A stretch of DNA of 57,984 bases from Candidatus Jorgensenbacteria bacterium RIFCSPLOWO2_01_FULL_45_25b. GTDB lineage: Bacteria > Patescibacteriota > Minisyncoccia > UBA6257 > GWB1-50-10. Positions within the stretch are counted from its first letter, which is position 1; every line of letters begins with the position of its first letter. The notes under the pieces are model-generated. The model saw nothing but the letters and a program-made list of their open reading frames with translations, did not search any database and had not been told where the DNA came from. Shown one piece after another: positions 18,264-26,683 of the stretch. The stretch lies in the NCBI GenBank assembly GCA_001781035.1, contig MFKK01000037.1, forward strand, positions 1-57,984, written 5' to 3'. The translations under genes were made by a program, and so were the position numbers.

Positions 18264-18986
18264 ATGGACACTCAACCTATTCATCATATTGCCGTTATTC
18301 CTGACGGAAACAGGAGGTGGGCAAGGAGGCGCGGGCTCCCGGGGCCGCAGGGGCATGTGGAGGGCATGAAGAAATTTGGCGAAGTCGCGAAAGAAACATT
18401 TCGGCTTGGGGTTCGGTATTTTACCTTTTGGGCGGCTTCGGAAAGCAATCTTACGAAACGCACAAAAGAAGAGGTCGCGGTTCTTATGATGCTTTTTCGG
18501 GATGAGATTGTTCGGCAACTTCAAGCAAAAGAATTTGACGAGCTTCATGTCCGAGTAAGAGTGCATGGGAAGGGGCTCGAAATTTTGGGGGACAAGAAAT
18601 TTACAGACGCGGTACGCGACTTGGAAGAAAAATCTTCGAAATATACAGATAAGCAACTTACCATTCTTTTTGGGTATAATGGAACCACGGAGATGTTGGA
18701 AGCAATACAAAGCATTGCTTCAGAATCAAGAATTAAGAATCAAGAATTAAGGATTACGGACGAATTAATTCGAACACATCTGTGGACAGGGGAATTGCCG
18801 GATGTGGACTTGGTGATTCGCACGGGATCGGCGGGGGATCCGCATAATTCCGCAGGGTTTATGATGTGGCTTACCAAAGAATCACAGTTTTATTTTACGG
18901 ATACGTACTTTCCGGATTTCGGAAAGAAAGGACTTGCCGAGGCGTTTGAAGAATACGCGAGGAGGGAGAGGCGGTTGGGAAAATAA
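18264..18986 (+). CDS. uppS: Undecaprenyl/polyprenyl diphosphate synthase
   Basis: HIAVIPDGNRRWA, DLVIRTG, FPDF, RRLGK. Confidence 0.93.
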   Translation: MDTQPIHHIAVIPDGNRRWARRRGLPGPQGHVEGMKKFGEVAKETFRLGVRYFTFWAASESNLTKRTKEEVAVLMMLFRDEIVRQLQAKEFDELHVRVRVHGKGLEILGDKKFTDAVRDLEEKSSKYTDKQLTILFGYNGTTEMLEAIQSIASESRIKNQELRITDELIRTHLWTGELPDVDLVIRTGSAGDPHNSAGFMMWLTKESQFYFTDTYFPDFGKKGLAEAFEEYARRERRLGK

Positions 18987-19872
18987 CAATTATATCGTTC
19001 GGAATGTCATATCAGAAAAGCCGTTTGAGTGGTCGCTTTCTGGCGGCGCGGTTTCTAGTTTTTCTTTACGCTGGGGAAGTTCGCCTGAAAATTTGCAGTA
19101 TCGCAAGGATGGAATTATCGGCACCTCAATCGCTATGTACGGACTTAATACTTCGTCAACTTGTTATTGGCAGGTTATTGGCGTGAACGGGTCAAGTACC
19201 ATATTTGGCAACATTCAATCATTTACCACCGCTCCCGTATTTACCTACTATTTGCCCTTTAACGAAAACTCGGGAACCGTTACCCGTGATTCCACGCTCG
19301 GCACTACCGCGACTCTTTACGGAGGAGCCCGCTTCTCCACCTTCTGTCCCGAGGGAAGCTGTTTGAATTTCACATCAAGCACCACTGCCTACGCCTCCAT
19401 ACCCACAACCTCAACCCTTATCGGTTTTCGCGACATTACTCTCCAGGCTTGGGTCTTCCGCAGAGCCGTATCACCCCGCACTCATGTTCGCGTTGTTTCC
19501 AAAGATTATGACTACTTCCTCGGCTTCTCGGGAGCGGGATCAAATCGTCTTGCCGTTGATTCCGGAGGAGGCGGAGGATGGCAGGGACTTACAACCGCAA
19601 CTCGCGATCTTCCTCTCGGAAGATGGGTTCACATCGCCTACACCTATTCTTCCTCCACGAATCGTTTGTACTATGACGGAGAGCTTGTCGAAGAGCAGGC
19701 GAAGACGAGAACCTTCGGACCAGGAACCCAGCCTCTTACCATCTCCGGACCAACCTTCGCGTTCAATGACCCCTTTGACGGGCTTGTTGATGAGGTGAAG
19801 ATTTCTCCTTTCGCGAAGACGGGAGCGGAGATACGGGCGGAGGTGTTAACTAAAACTCCTCCAATGCCTTAG
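18987..19872 (+). pseudogene. FN3-like + LamG (concanavalin-like) domain fragment with no clear start codon
   Basis: GL..STCYWQV..FTT (FN3-like); PFNENSG, TLQAWV, WVHIAYTY, LYYDGEL, FDGLVDEVKI (LamG); frame begins inside uppS. Confidence 0.6.
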
Positions 19873-19934
19873 TTTTGTTTTTCTTAATATTTTTATACGT
19901 TGACTTTTGGAAGCATCTCTCTCATTATTTTGTG

Positions 19935-20234
19935 ACGGGCTGTAGCCCGTTAGAGGCGCTCATTTCCATGTTTTATGTTTATGTGTTACAAAGCATTAAG
20001 GACGGTCAATGGTATACTGGTTATGCCAGTGATTTGAAGCGAAGAATCAAAGAACATAATTTAGGGCGGAATTTTTCGACTAAACACAGAATACCGTTTT
20101 GTCTCATTTATTATGAAGCTTGCTTGTCTGAAAAGGACGCAAAGACTCGTGAGAAATATTTGAAATCTGGAATGGGTAAAAGATATTTGAAGAATAGAAT
20201 GAGGTATTTTTTGAGCACCTCTAACGGGCTGTAG
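19935..20234 (+). mobile_element. Putative GIY-YIG mini-element at the tRNA-Pro 5' end
   Basis: 11-bp direct repeat ACGGGCTGTAG (19935-19945, 20224-20234); 19-bp inverted repeats 19944-19962 and 20212-20230 (1 mismatch). Confidence 0.7.
19968..20234 (+). CDS. GIY-YIG nuclease (88 aa)
   Basis: FYVYVLQS..WYTGYASDLKRRIKEHN..STK..LIYYE..A..REKYLKSG. Confidence 0.92.
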   Translation: MFYVYVLQSIKDGQWYTGYASDLKRRIKEHNLGRNFSTKHRIPFCLIYYEACLSEKDAKTREKYLKSGMGKRYLKNRMRYFLSTSNGL

Positions 20235-20298
20235 TATACCGGTAGTACGTCTGCTTTGGGAGCAGATAGACCGGGTTCGATTCCCGGCAGCCCGACCA
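20225..20298 (+). tRNA. tRNA-Pro(TGG) with encoded CCA
   Basis: CGGGCTG/CAGCCCG acceptor stem, TCTGC-TTTGGGA-GCAGA anticodon arm, GGTTCGATTCC. Confidence 0.95.
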
Positions 20299-20380
20299 AA
20301 AAAACGTAAAATGTAAAGTGAAAAAAGCAAAGCATTTAAAAGGCTTTGTCTTTTTTGGTTTTGCGTTTATAATAAATTTC

Positions 20381-20641
20381 ATGAAAAAGAAACCCGAAGC
20401 AATGTTAGAACTTTATCAGTTTGAGGAGTGTCCCTACTGCAAGCGAGTGAGAGAGAAGATGACGGATTTAGGAATGAGTTACATTATTCACAATGTGCCG
20501 CGCGCGAGAGAGAAGCGGGTTAAACTTGAAAAGATTTCGGGGCAGAAGTTTGTGCCAGTTTTGGTTGACGCGAATACGAAGACGATGATAGCGGATGATG
20601 ATGATAAGGCGATAGAGTATTTGGAGAAGACGTACGGGTAA
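20381..20641 (+). CDS. Glutaredoxin / GST-N-like protein
   Basis: ECPYC, VPVLVD. Confidence 0.85.
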   Translation: MKKKPEAMLELYQFEECPYCKRVREKMTDLGMSYIIHNVPRAREKRVKLEKISGQKFVPVLVDANTKTMIADDDDKAIEYLEKTYG

Positions 20642-20740
20642 AGGTCGTTTATAACCGCTCCGAAACTACGAATTATCCGAATCAACGAATACGAATATTT
20701 GTAGATTCGGATGAATTTGTAGATTGGGAACGGATTTTTT

Positions 20741-21211
20741 ATGAATAAAACTATAGCTATTATTGTTGCGGTTGTTGTTGTGGGATTCGGCGCGTGGTAT
20801 TTCATGAAGAGCGATTATTCGCTGAAGAAGGATGAGATGCAGGCGACCAGCACTCCCGAGGAGGCGGTCGTGAGTGAGAATGGTGCCGTGATGGGAGAGA
20901 AGCAGGTTGTTGTTTACACCGATGAGGGCTATGTTCCTTCTTCCCTTATCATCAAGGCGGGGGAGGTTGTGGAATTTAGAAATGAATCGTCGCGTGAGAC
21001 TTGGCCGGCGTCCGCGAAGCATCCGACGCATACCGGGTATCCGGGAACGGATATAAAGAAGTGCGATACGGCAGAGGCGGGTGAGATGTTTGATTCCTGC
21101 GGAGGCATCGCGCCCGGAGCGTCATGGACATTTACCTTTAACGAGAAGGAGGAATGGGGGTATCATGACCACTTGGACGCGAAGAAGTTTGGAAAGATTA
21201 TTGTTGAGTAG
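20741..21211 (+). CDS. Membrane-anchored cupredoxin (plastocyanin/azurin-like fold)
   Basis: N-terminal TM; V.F.N, HPTH, FTF...WGYHDH...GKIIVE. Confidence 0.75.
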   Translation: MNKTIAIIVAVVVVGFGAWYFMKSDYSLKKDEMQATSTPEEAVVSENGAVMGEKQVVVYTDEGYVPSSLIIKAGEVVEFRNESSRETWPASAKHPTHTGYPGTDIKKCDTAEAGEMFDSCGGIAPGASWTFTFNEKEEWGYHDHLDAKKFGKIIVE

Positions 21212-21247
21212 AATCTAGAATCTAGAAGCTAGAAGCTAGAAGCTAGG
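21209..21247 (+). repeat. TAGAAKC heptamer tandem array beginning at a stop codon
   Basis: 5 units plus TAGG; similar arrays at 26564, 28424 and 31291. Confidence 0.9.
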
Positions 21248-21293
21248 ATATTGGAGATGGACATCAATTTGGTGTCCATCTTTGTTTATCACT

Positions 21294-21414
21294 TTGAATT
21301 ACGAAACTCCATTATTGCCTGAGCCCACGTCGAAGGCATTGCCTACGCGATAAATCTAAAATGTCGCCCTTCGACAAGCTCAGGGCATAATATTTAGGCA
21401 GTTTCGTAATTCAA
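21294..21414. repeat. ~120-bp MITE/REPIN-like hairpin element
   Basis: Perfect 15-bp terminal IR TTGAATTACGAAACT enclosing two facing CTTCGAC..GCTCAGG units. Confidence 0.75.
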
Positions 21415-21497
21415 GGCTCATCGGGCTCTTTTTCTTTTGCTTGTCAATGGTGGTTGTTTCTTTGAGTTTGAGGTTTAATGGTTACAAGTAATGTAAC

Positions 21498-21562
21498 CCT
21501 TCAACCCCGAAGAATCCTTCGACAAGCTCAAGAAATACGGAGCAGGCAAACTCGGGGAATAA
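21498..21562 (+). repeat. 65-bp composite repeat, intergenic copy
   Basis: 56/65 identical to 25125-25189 inside alaS. Confidence 0.88.
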
Positions 21563-21595
21563 TATTTTATCATTTTGTAATTCACAGATTTATAT

Positions 21596-23317
21596 ATGGC
21601 GGGAGAGGTAGACATCATAAAAGAGAAAATTGATATTGTGGATTTTTTGCGGTCATATATTGACCTGCATCCCGCGGGGAAGAATTTTAAGGCGATTTGT
21701 CCGTTTCATTCGGAGAAGACGGCTTCTTTTGTTGTTTCTCCCGAACGGAGGATGTGGCACTGCTTTGGTTCGTGCGGGGAGGGGGGGGATATTTTTAAAT
21801 TTTTAATGAAGCATGAGAATTTGGAGTTTTATGAAGCCTTGAAAGTTTTGGCCGAACGGGCAGGCGTTCCTCTTCGCGCGCTTGACCCGCAGAAACAGAA
21901 GGAGTTTGGAGTTCTTTATGATATGCACGAGACGGCTAAGGATTTTTATCGGAAACAGCTTTCTTCGCAGACAGAGGCTTTGAGTTATTTGAGAGGAAGA
22001 GGACTTACGGATGAGACGATGGAGGAGTTCGGACTCGGATTTTCTCCGGGGGGAGAGGCGCTTACGCTTTTTCTTTTGCAGTCGGGATATGATATGTCGA
22101 ATATTGTTCGTGGGGGGCTCGCGCAGAAGAACGCGCAAGGGCTTCATCGGGACAAGTTTTATCGGAGGATTATGTTTCCGATTTATAATTCCATGGGAAA
22201 GGTTGTCGCTTTTACCGGACGGATTCTGCCGGAGAATGGAAGCCCTTCGACAAGCTCAGGAGATATACCGAAATATTTGAATAGTCCCGAGACGCCGATT
22301 TTTAACAAGTCGCATATTTTATATGGATTTCATGTTTCAAAGAATCATATCGCGAAATCGCGAACGGCTTTTCTTGTGGAGGGGCAGATGGATGTTTTGA
22401 TGTCGTGGCAGTCGGGAATACAAAATGTTGTCGCCGTTTCCGGAACGGGGCTTACTACGCATCATCTTGAGCGATTACGAAGACTCGCTGATACGCTTGT
22501 GTTGAGTTTTGATAACGATACTGCTGGATTGAAGGCGATGGAGCGTTCGCTTGACCTTTTTGCCGATTTTGATTTTTACGCGCGGGTTGCTTCTCTTGGA
22601 GAGCATAAGGACCCCGCTGACGCGGCGAAGGCGGATAAGGGATTTTTGGAGAGGGCTGTTTTGGAGGCGAGACCCGCCTTCTCGATTCTTTTTGAGTCGT
22701 ATTTCAAGGGGATTTCGTTTTCCGATGTTGCTTTGAAGAAACGGCTTGTGCGCCGTTCTTTGGAGAAGATTAGGGCTCTCAAGAGTTCTACCGAGCGGGA
22801 TATTTGGACGAAGGAGCTTTCAGGTGTTTCAGGCATTTCTGAATCGGGGCTTCTTGCCGAATTTGCTTCCATGTCCTTGCCCGCCTCACCCGTTTCTCAC
22901 GCGCCGGATTCTGTTTTTACCCCAACACTTCTTTCCCGCCCCCGACGAATTGAGCTTATCGCGAAGAGGCTGGTCTCGCTCGCGCTTCTTCGCGCTCCGT
23001 TTTTTGAAAGACTTATGGAGCATCGGGAGTGGCTTCCCAAGGAATATTGTAGTATTCTTGAGGAGCCTCAAGGAGTCCCTGCCACCGAGCTTAGTATGTT
23101 GGGAAGCTATGAGTTTGGGGGGGCGAAGGAGGAGGAGCTTCTTAAGGAATTTGATGACCTTTTGAGTTATATTCAGCTTGAGTTTTTGAAACAGAGAAGG
23201 AACGAGCTTCGTTTGAAGATTCGCGAGTGCGAGCGGAAGGGGACGAACGAGGAGTCTCAAACGTTTCTCGCGGAGTTTCATTCTCTTTCAAGGGAGATGG
23301 ACAAGTTAAAACGATAA
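21596..23317 (+). CDS. dnaG: DNA primase
   Basis: CPFH..WHCFGSC zinc finger, RIMFPI, KYLNSPET, VEGQMD, FDND TOPRIM. Confidence 0.97.
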   Translation: MAGEVDIIKEKIDIVDFLRSYIDLHPAGKNFKAICPFHSEKTASFVVSPERRMWHCFGSCGEGGDIFKFLMKHENLEFYEALKVLAERAGVPLRALDPQKQKEFGVLYDMHETAKDFYRKQLSSQTEALSYLRGRGLTDETMEEFGLGFSPGGEALTLFLLQSGYDMSNIVRGGLAQKNAQGLHRDKFYRRIMFPIYNSMGKVVAFTGRILPENGSPSTSSGDIPKYLNSPETPIFNKSHILYGFHVSKNHIAKSRTAFLVEGQMDVLMSWQSGIQNVVAVSGTGLTTHHLERLRRLADTLVLSFDNDTAGLKAMERSLDLFADFDFYARVASLGEHKDPADAAKADKGFLERAVLEARPAFSILFESYFKGISFSDVALKKRLVRRSLEKIRALKSSTERDIWTKELSGVSGISESGLLAEFASMSLPASPVSHAPDSVFTPTLLSRPRRIELIAKRLVSLALLRAPFFERLMEHREWLPKEYCSILEEPQGVPATELSMLGSYEFGGAKEEELLKEFDDLLSYIQLEFLKQRRNELRLKIRECERKGTNEESQTFLAEFHSLSREMDKLKR

Positions 23318-23426
23318 AATCCGAAGCATGAAATCCGAAATTCGAAACACGGGTTTATGTCATTTGAATTTAGAACATTAGAATTTGTTTCGAATTTCGA
23401 TATTCGAATTTCGGATTTAAACATAT

Positions 23427-24695
23427 ATGGCAAAAAAAGAGAAAAAAATTATAAAAAAAGGAAAAGGTAAAAAGACTCTGAAGCGTCAAATTCCCTCAAA
23501 GAAGGCGGTAAGCAGGGTGCTTATTCGCACCGGTCGTTCTTCCCGGGGCGTTCGGCCTCCTCAAAAAAATGCTTCAACGAAAAAGGAGCTGAAGCTTACG
23601 AAAAAGGACCAGCTTATCAAGGAGTATGAGGAAAGGCTGAATGATTTGGTGTATCGCGGACGAGCGAGAGGGTTTGTTACTGATGCCGAAGTATTGAGTT
23701 TCTTTCCCCGTATTGAGGAGCACCTTCCTTTTTTAGAGATGGTTTACGCGCGGCTTGACCGCGAGGGTATTCGCGTAAAGGAATCCTCTCCTTTAATGAA
23801 GGTTATTAAAGATAAGGAGGAGATTACCGCGAAGGAATTGAAGGACGCCACTCGGATTGAACATGATTTGCCGGATGCCGTGCAGATGTATCTGAAAGAA
23901 ATAGGACGAACGGCTCTCTTAACCTCCAAAGACGAGAAGGAGCTTGCAAAACGGGCGGAGGGAGGCAATGAGGAGGCGCGGAAGAGGCTTATTCAGGCAA
24001 ACTTGCGGCTTGTTGTTTCTATCGCGAAGCGGTATGTGAACCGCAGTCCGCACTTGAGTATTTTGGATTTAATTCAAGAAGGAAACATCGGGCTTTCTCG
24101 CGCGGTTGATAAATTTGATTATCGGAAGGGATTTAAGTTTTCAACATACGCGACGTGGTGGATTCGGCAGGCGATTACGCGCGCTCTCGCGGATTATTCG
24201 CGCACAATTCGCATTCCGGTGCATATGGTTGAGACGATTACAAAGTATACGCAAATTAAGCGTCACTTGATGCAGGAGCTTGGGCGCGAGCCGTTGCCGG
24301 AGGAGGTTGCCGCGGAGATGGGAGTTGATGTGGAGAAGGTGCACTACATCCAAAAAATTTCACAGGAGGTTATTTCTTTGGAATCTCCGATCGGGGATGA
24401 TGACGAGGACTCAACCCTTTCTGACTTTATTAAGGATGAGCAGAGCCTGTCTCCCGACCAGCTCGCGAGCCACGCGCTTTTGAAGGATCAGATTCACGAG
24501 GTGATGAGAGACCTTACCGAACGCGAGCAGAAAATTCTCGCCATGCGGTTTGGATTGGAAGATGGGATTTCACACACGCTTGAGGAGGTGGGGAAGGTGT
24601 TTGGTGTTACGAGAGAGCGTATTCGGCAGATTGAGGCAAAGGCGTTGGATAAGATTCGGGGGAATGAGAAGGTGAAGAAGCTGGAGGGATACTGA
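23427..24695 (+). CDS. rpoD: RNA polymerase primary sigma-70 factor
   Basis: [47 protein letters not shown]. Confidence 0.95.
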   Translation: MAKKEKKIIKKGKGKKTLKRQIPSKKAVSRVLIRTGRSSRGVRPPQKNASTKKELKLTKKDQLIKEYEERLNDLVYRGRARGFVTDAEVLSFFPRIEEHLPFLEMVYARLDREGIRVKESSPLMKVIKDKEEITAKELKDATRIEHDLPDAVQMYLKEIGRTALLTSKDEKELAKRAEGGNEEARKRLIQANLRLVVSIAKRYVNRSPHLSILDLIQEGNIGLSRAVDKFDYRKGFKFSTYATWWIRQAITRALADYSRTIRIPVHMVETITKYTQIKRHLMQELGREPLPEEVAAEMGVDVEKVHYIQKISQEVISLESPIGDDDEDSTLSDFIKDEQSLSPDQLASHALLKDQIHEVMRDLTEREQKILAMRFGLEDGISHTLEEVGKVFGVTRERIRQIEAKALDKIRGNEKVKKLEGY

Positions 24696-24740
24696 CGGGA
24701 ATTACTAAGTTACTAATTTCTAATTTTTAATGAATTTTCA

Positions 24741-26573
24741 ATGAAGTCATCGGAAATTAGGAGGAAATTTTTGAAGTTTTTTGAGGAGCGGGGGCATGTT
24801 ATAGTGCCTTCATCTTCTTTGGTGCCGGACGACCCTTCGGTGCTTTTGACGACCGCCGGAATGCAGCAGTTTAAGAGGTATTACACCGGTGAGGCGGACG
24901 CGATGAAAGATTTCGGTTCAAAAAGCACGGTGTCAATTCAGAAAAGTTTTCGCACTTCAGATATTGACGAGGTGGGCGACGAGAGGCACCTCACTTTTTT
25001 TGAGATGATGGGGAATTTTAGTTTTGGTGGATACTTCAAAGAAGAAGCGATTACGTATGCTTTTGATTTCATCACAAAGGAAATGGGGTTGCTGATTTCT
25101 TACGTGACGGTGTTTCAAGGTAGTCCTTCGACCCCAAAGAATCCTTCGACAGGTTCAGGAAATACGGAGCAGGCAAGTTCAGGAAATAACATTCCAAAAG
25201 ATACTGAATCCAAAGGGATTTGGGAGAGCTTGGGCGTGAAAGATGTAAGAGAGGAGGGAATGGATGATGTGTTTTGGGGGCCGACGGGGAGTTCGGGACC
25301 GTGCGGGCCGACGACGGAGATTTATTGCAAAAACGGGGCGGGGCAGGATATTGAGGTTTGGAATATCGTTTTTAACGAATTTTTTTGTACCGGTTCGCGC
25401 GAAGAGCTTTTGGCGGGGAGAGCTGAATTAAAACCCTTGCCGACGAAGGGTATTGATACGGGAATGGGGCTGGAGCGTTTGGCGATGTGCGCGCAAAAAA
25501 CAAAGACCATTTTTGAGACGGATTTGTTTGGCGGTTTTTTGAAAAAAGAGCCGATATCGGGTGTTACGGAACGCGTAAGAAGAATTGTTTTAGACCACGC
25601 GCGAGCGATTGCTTTTTTAATTTCTGACGGCGTGGAACCCTCCAATAAGGGCGCCGGTTATATTTTGAGGCGGCTTGTGAGACGAGCGATGGTGTATGAA
25701 TATTTAGTGAATCAAATTGAGTTTAAGCTTCCGATTGTGTTTACCGCGGTTCATGAAACATACGCGCGATGGTATCCTGAATTAAGCAAAGAGGAAATTC
25801 TTAACATTTTTGAGGGAGAAAAAGAACGTTTTTTGATTTCTTTGGAACAGGGATTAAAGGAGTTAAAGAAGTTTGAGAAGGTGGATGTGAAATCGGCGTT
25901 TTTTCTCTTCCAAAGTTTTGGCATTCCTTATGAGGTGATAAAGGAACTTGGCGGGGAGAGAACGATTCATTTGAAGCGCGAGGATTTTGAAAAAGAATTT
26001 GAAGAGCATCAAGAAATTTCCCGCGCGGGACTTGAGAAGAAGTTTGGCGGGCACGGTCTTATTTTGGATACGGGAGAGTTGAAGGCGGGGGATGTGGAGG
26101 AATTAAGGAATGCGACTCGGTTGCATACGACGACGCATTTGCTTCAGCAGGCGTTGCGGGACGTGCTCGGAGATTCCGTTCATCAGATGGGTTCGGATGT
26201 TACATCGGAGCGGACGCGGTTTGATTTTTCTTTTGCCAGAAAGCTTACGTCGGATGAGATTGGGCGCGTAGAGAAAATTGTGAATAAAAAGATTGAGGAG
26301 AATCTTCCGGTTGGTTGTGTAGAGATGTCAAAAGAAGAGGCGGAGAGAAGCGGCGCTTTGCACTTTTTTAAGGAAAAGTATCCCGACAAGGTTAAGGTAT
26401 ATTATGTCGGAGAGACGCTTTTGGACGCGTACAGCAAGGAGTTTTGCGGAGGGCCCCACGTGGGTCGTACCGAAGAAATTGGAAGAGTAAAAATTAGTAA
26501 GGAGGAGGCGGTTGCTTCAGGCGTGAGAAGGATGCGGGTAGTGTTGACTAAGGACGCAGAATTTAGAAGCTAG
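24741..26573 (+). CDS. alaS: Alanine--tRNA ligase (short form)
   Basis: TTAGMQQFK, HLTFFEM, GPCGP, IDTGMGLER, HTTTHLL, EFCGGPH. Confidence 0.97.
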   Translation: MKSSEIRRKFLKFFEERGHVIVPSSSLVPDDPSVLLTTAGMQQFKRYYTGEADAMKDFGSKSTVSIQKSFRTSDIDEVGDERHLTFFEMMGNFSFGGYFKEEAITYAFDFITKEMGLLISYVTVFQGSPSTPKNPSTGSGNTEQASSGNNIPKDTESKGIWESLGVKDVREEGMDDVFWGPTGSSGPCGPTTEIYCKNGAGQDIEVWNIVFNEFFCTGSREELLAGRAELKPLPTKGIDTGMGLERLAMCAQKTKTIFETDLFGGFLKKEPISGVTERVRRIVLDHARAIAFLISDGVEPSNKGAGYILRRLVRRAMVYEYLVNQIEFKLPIVFTAVHETYARWYPELSKEEILNIFEGEKERFLISLEQGLKELKKFEKVDVKSAFFLFQSFGIPYEVIKELGGERTIHLKREDFEKEFEEHQEISRAGLEKKFGGHGLILDTGELKAGDVEELRNATRLHTTTHLLQQALRDVLGDSVHQMGSDVTSERTRFDFSFARKLTSDEIGRVEKIVNKKIEENLPVGCVEMSKEEAERSGALHFFKEKYPDKVKVYYVGETLLDAYSKEFCGGPHVGRTEEIGRVKISKEEAVASGVRRMRVVLTKDAEFRS

Positions 26574-26595
26574 AATCTAGAAACTAGAATCTAGG
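26564..26595 (+). repeat. TAGAANC heptamer array supplying the alaS stop
   Basis: 4 units plus TAGG. Confidence 0.85.
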
Positions 26596-26683
26596 ATATA
26601 TTCTTTCCAACACGAATAACAGAACTTTTATAGGAAATTATTGAGGCGTTTGGGGAAATGTTGTATAATATCTTTGTTTTCCC

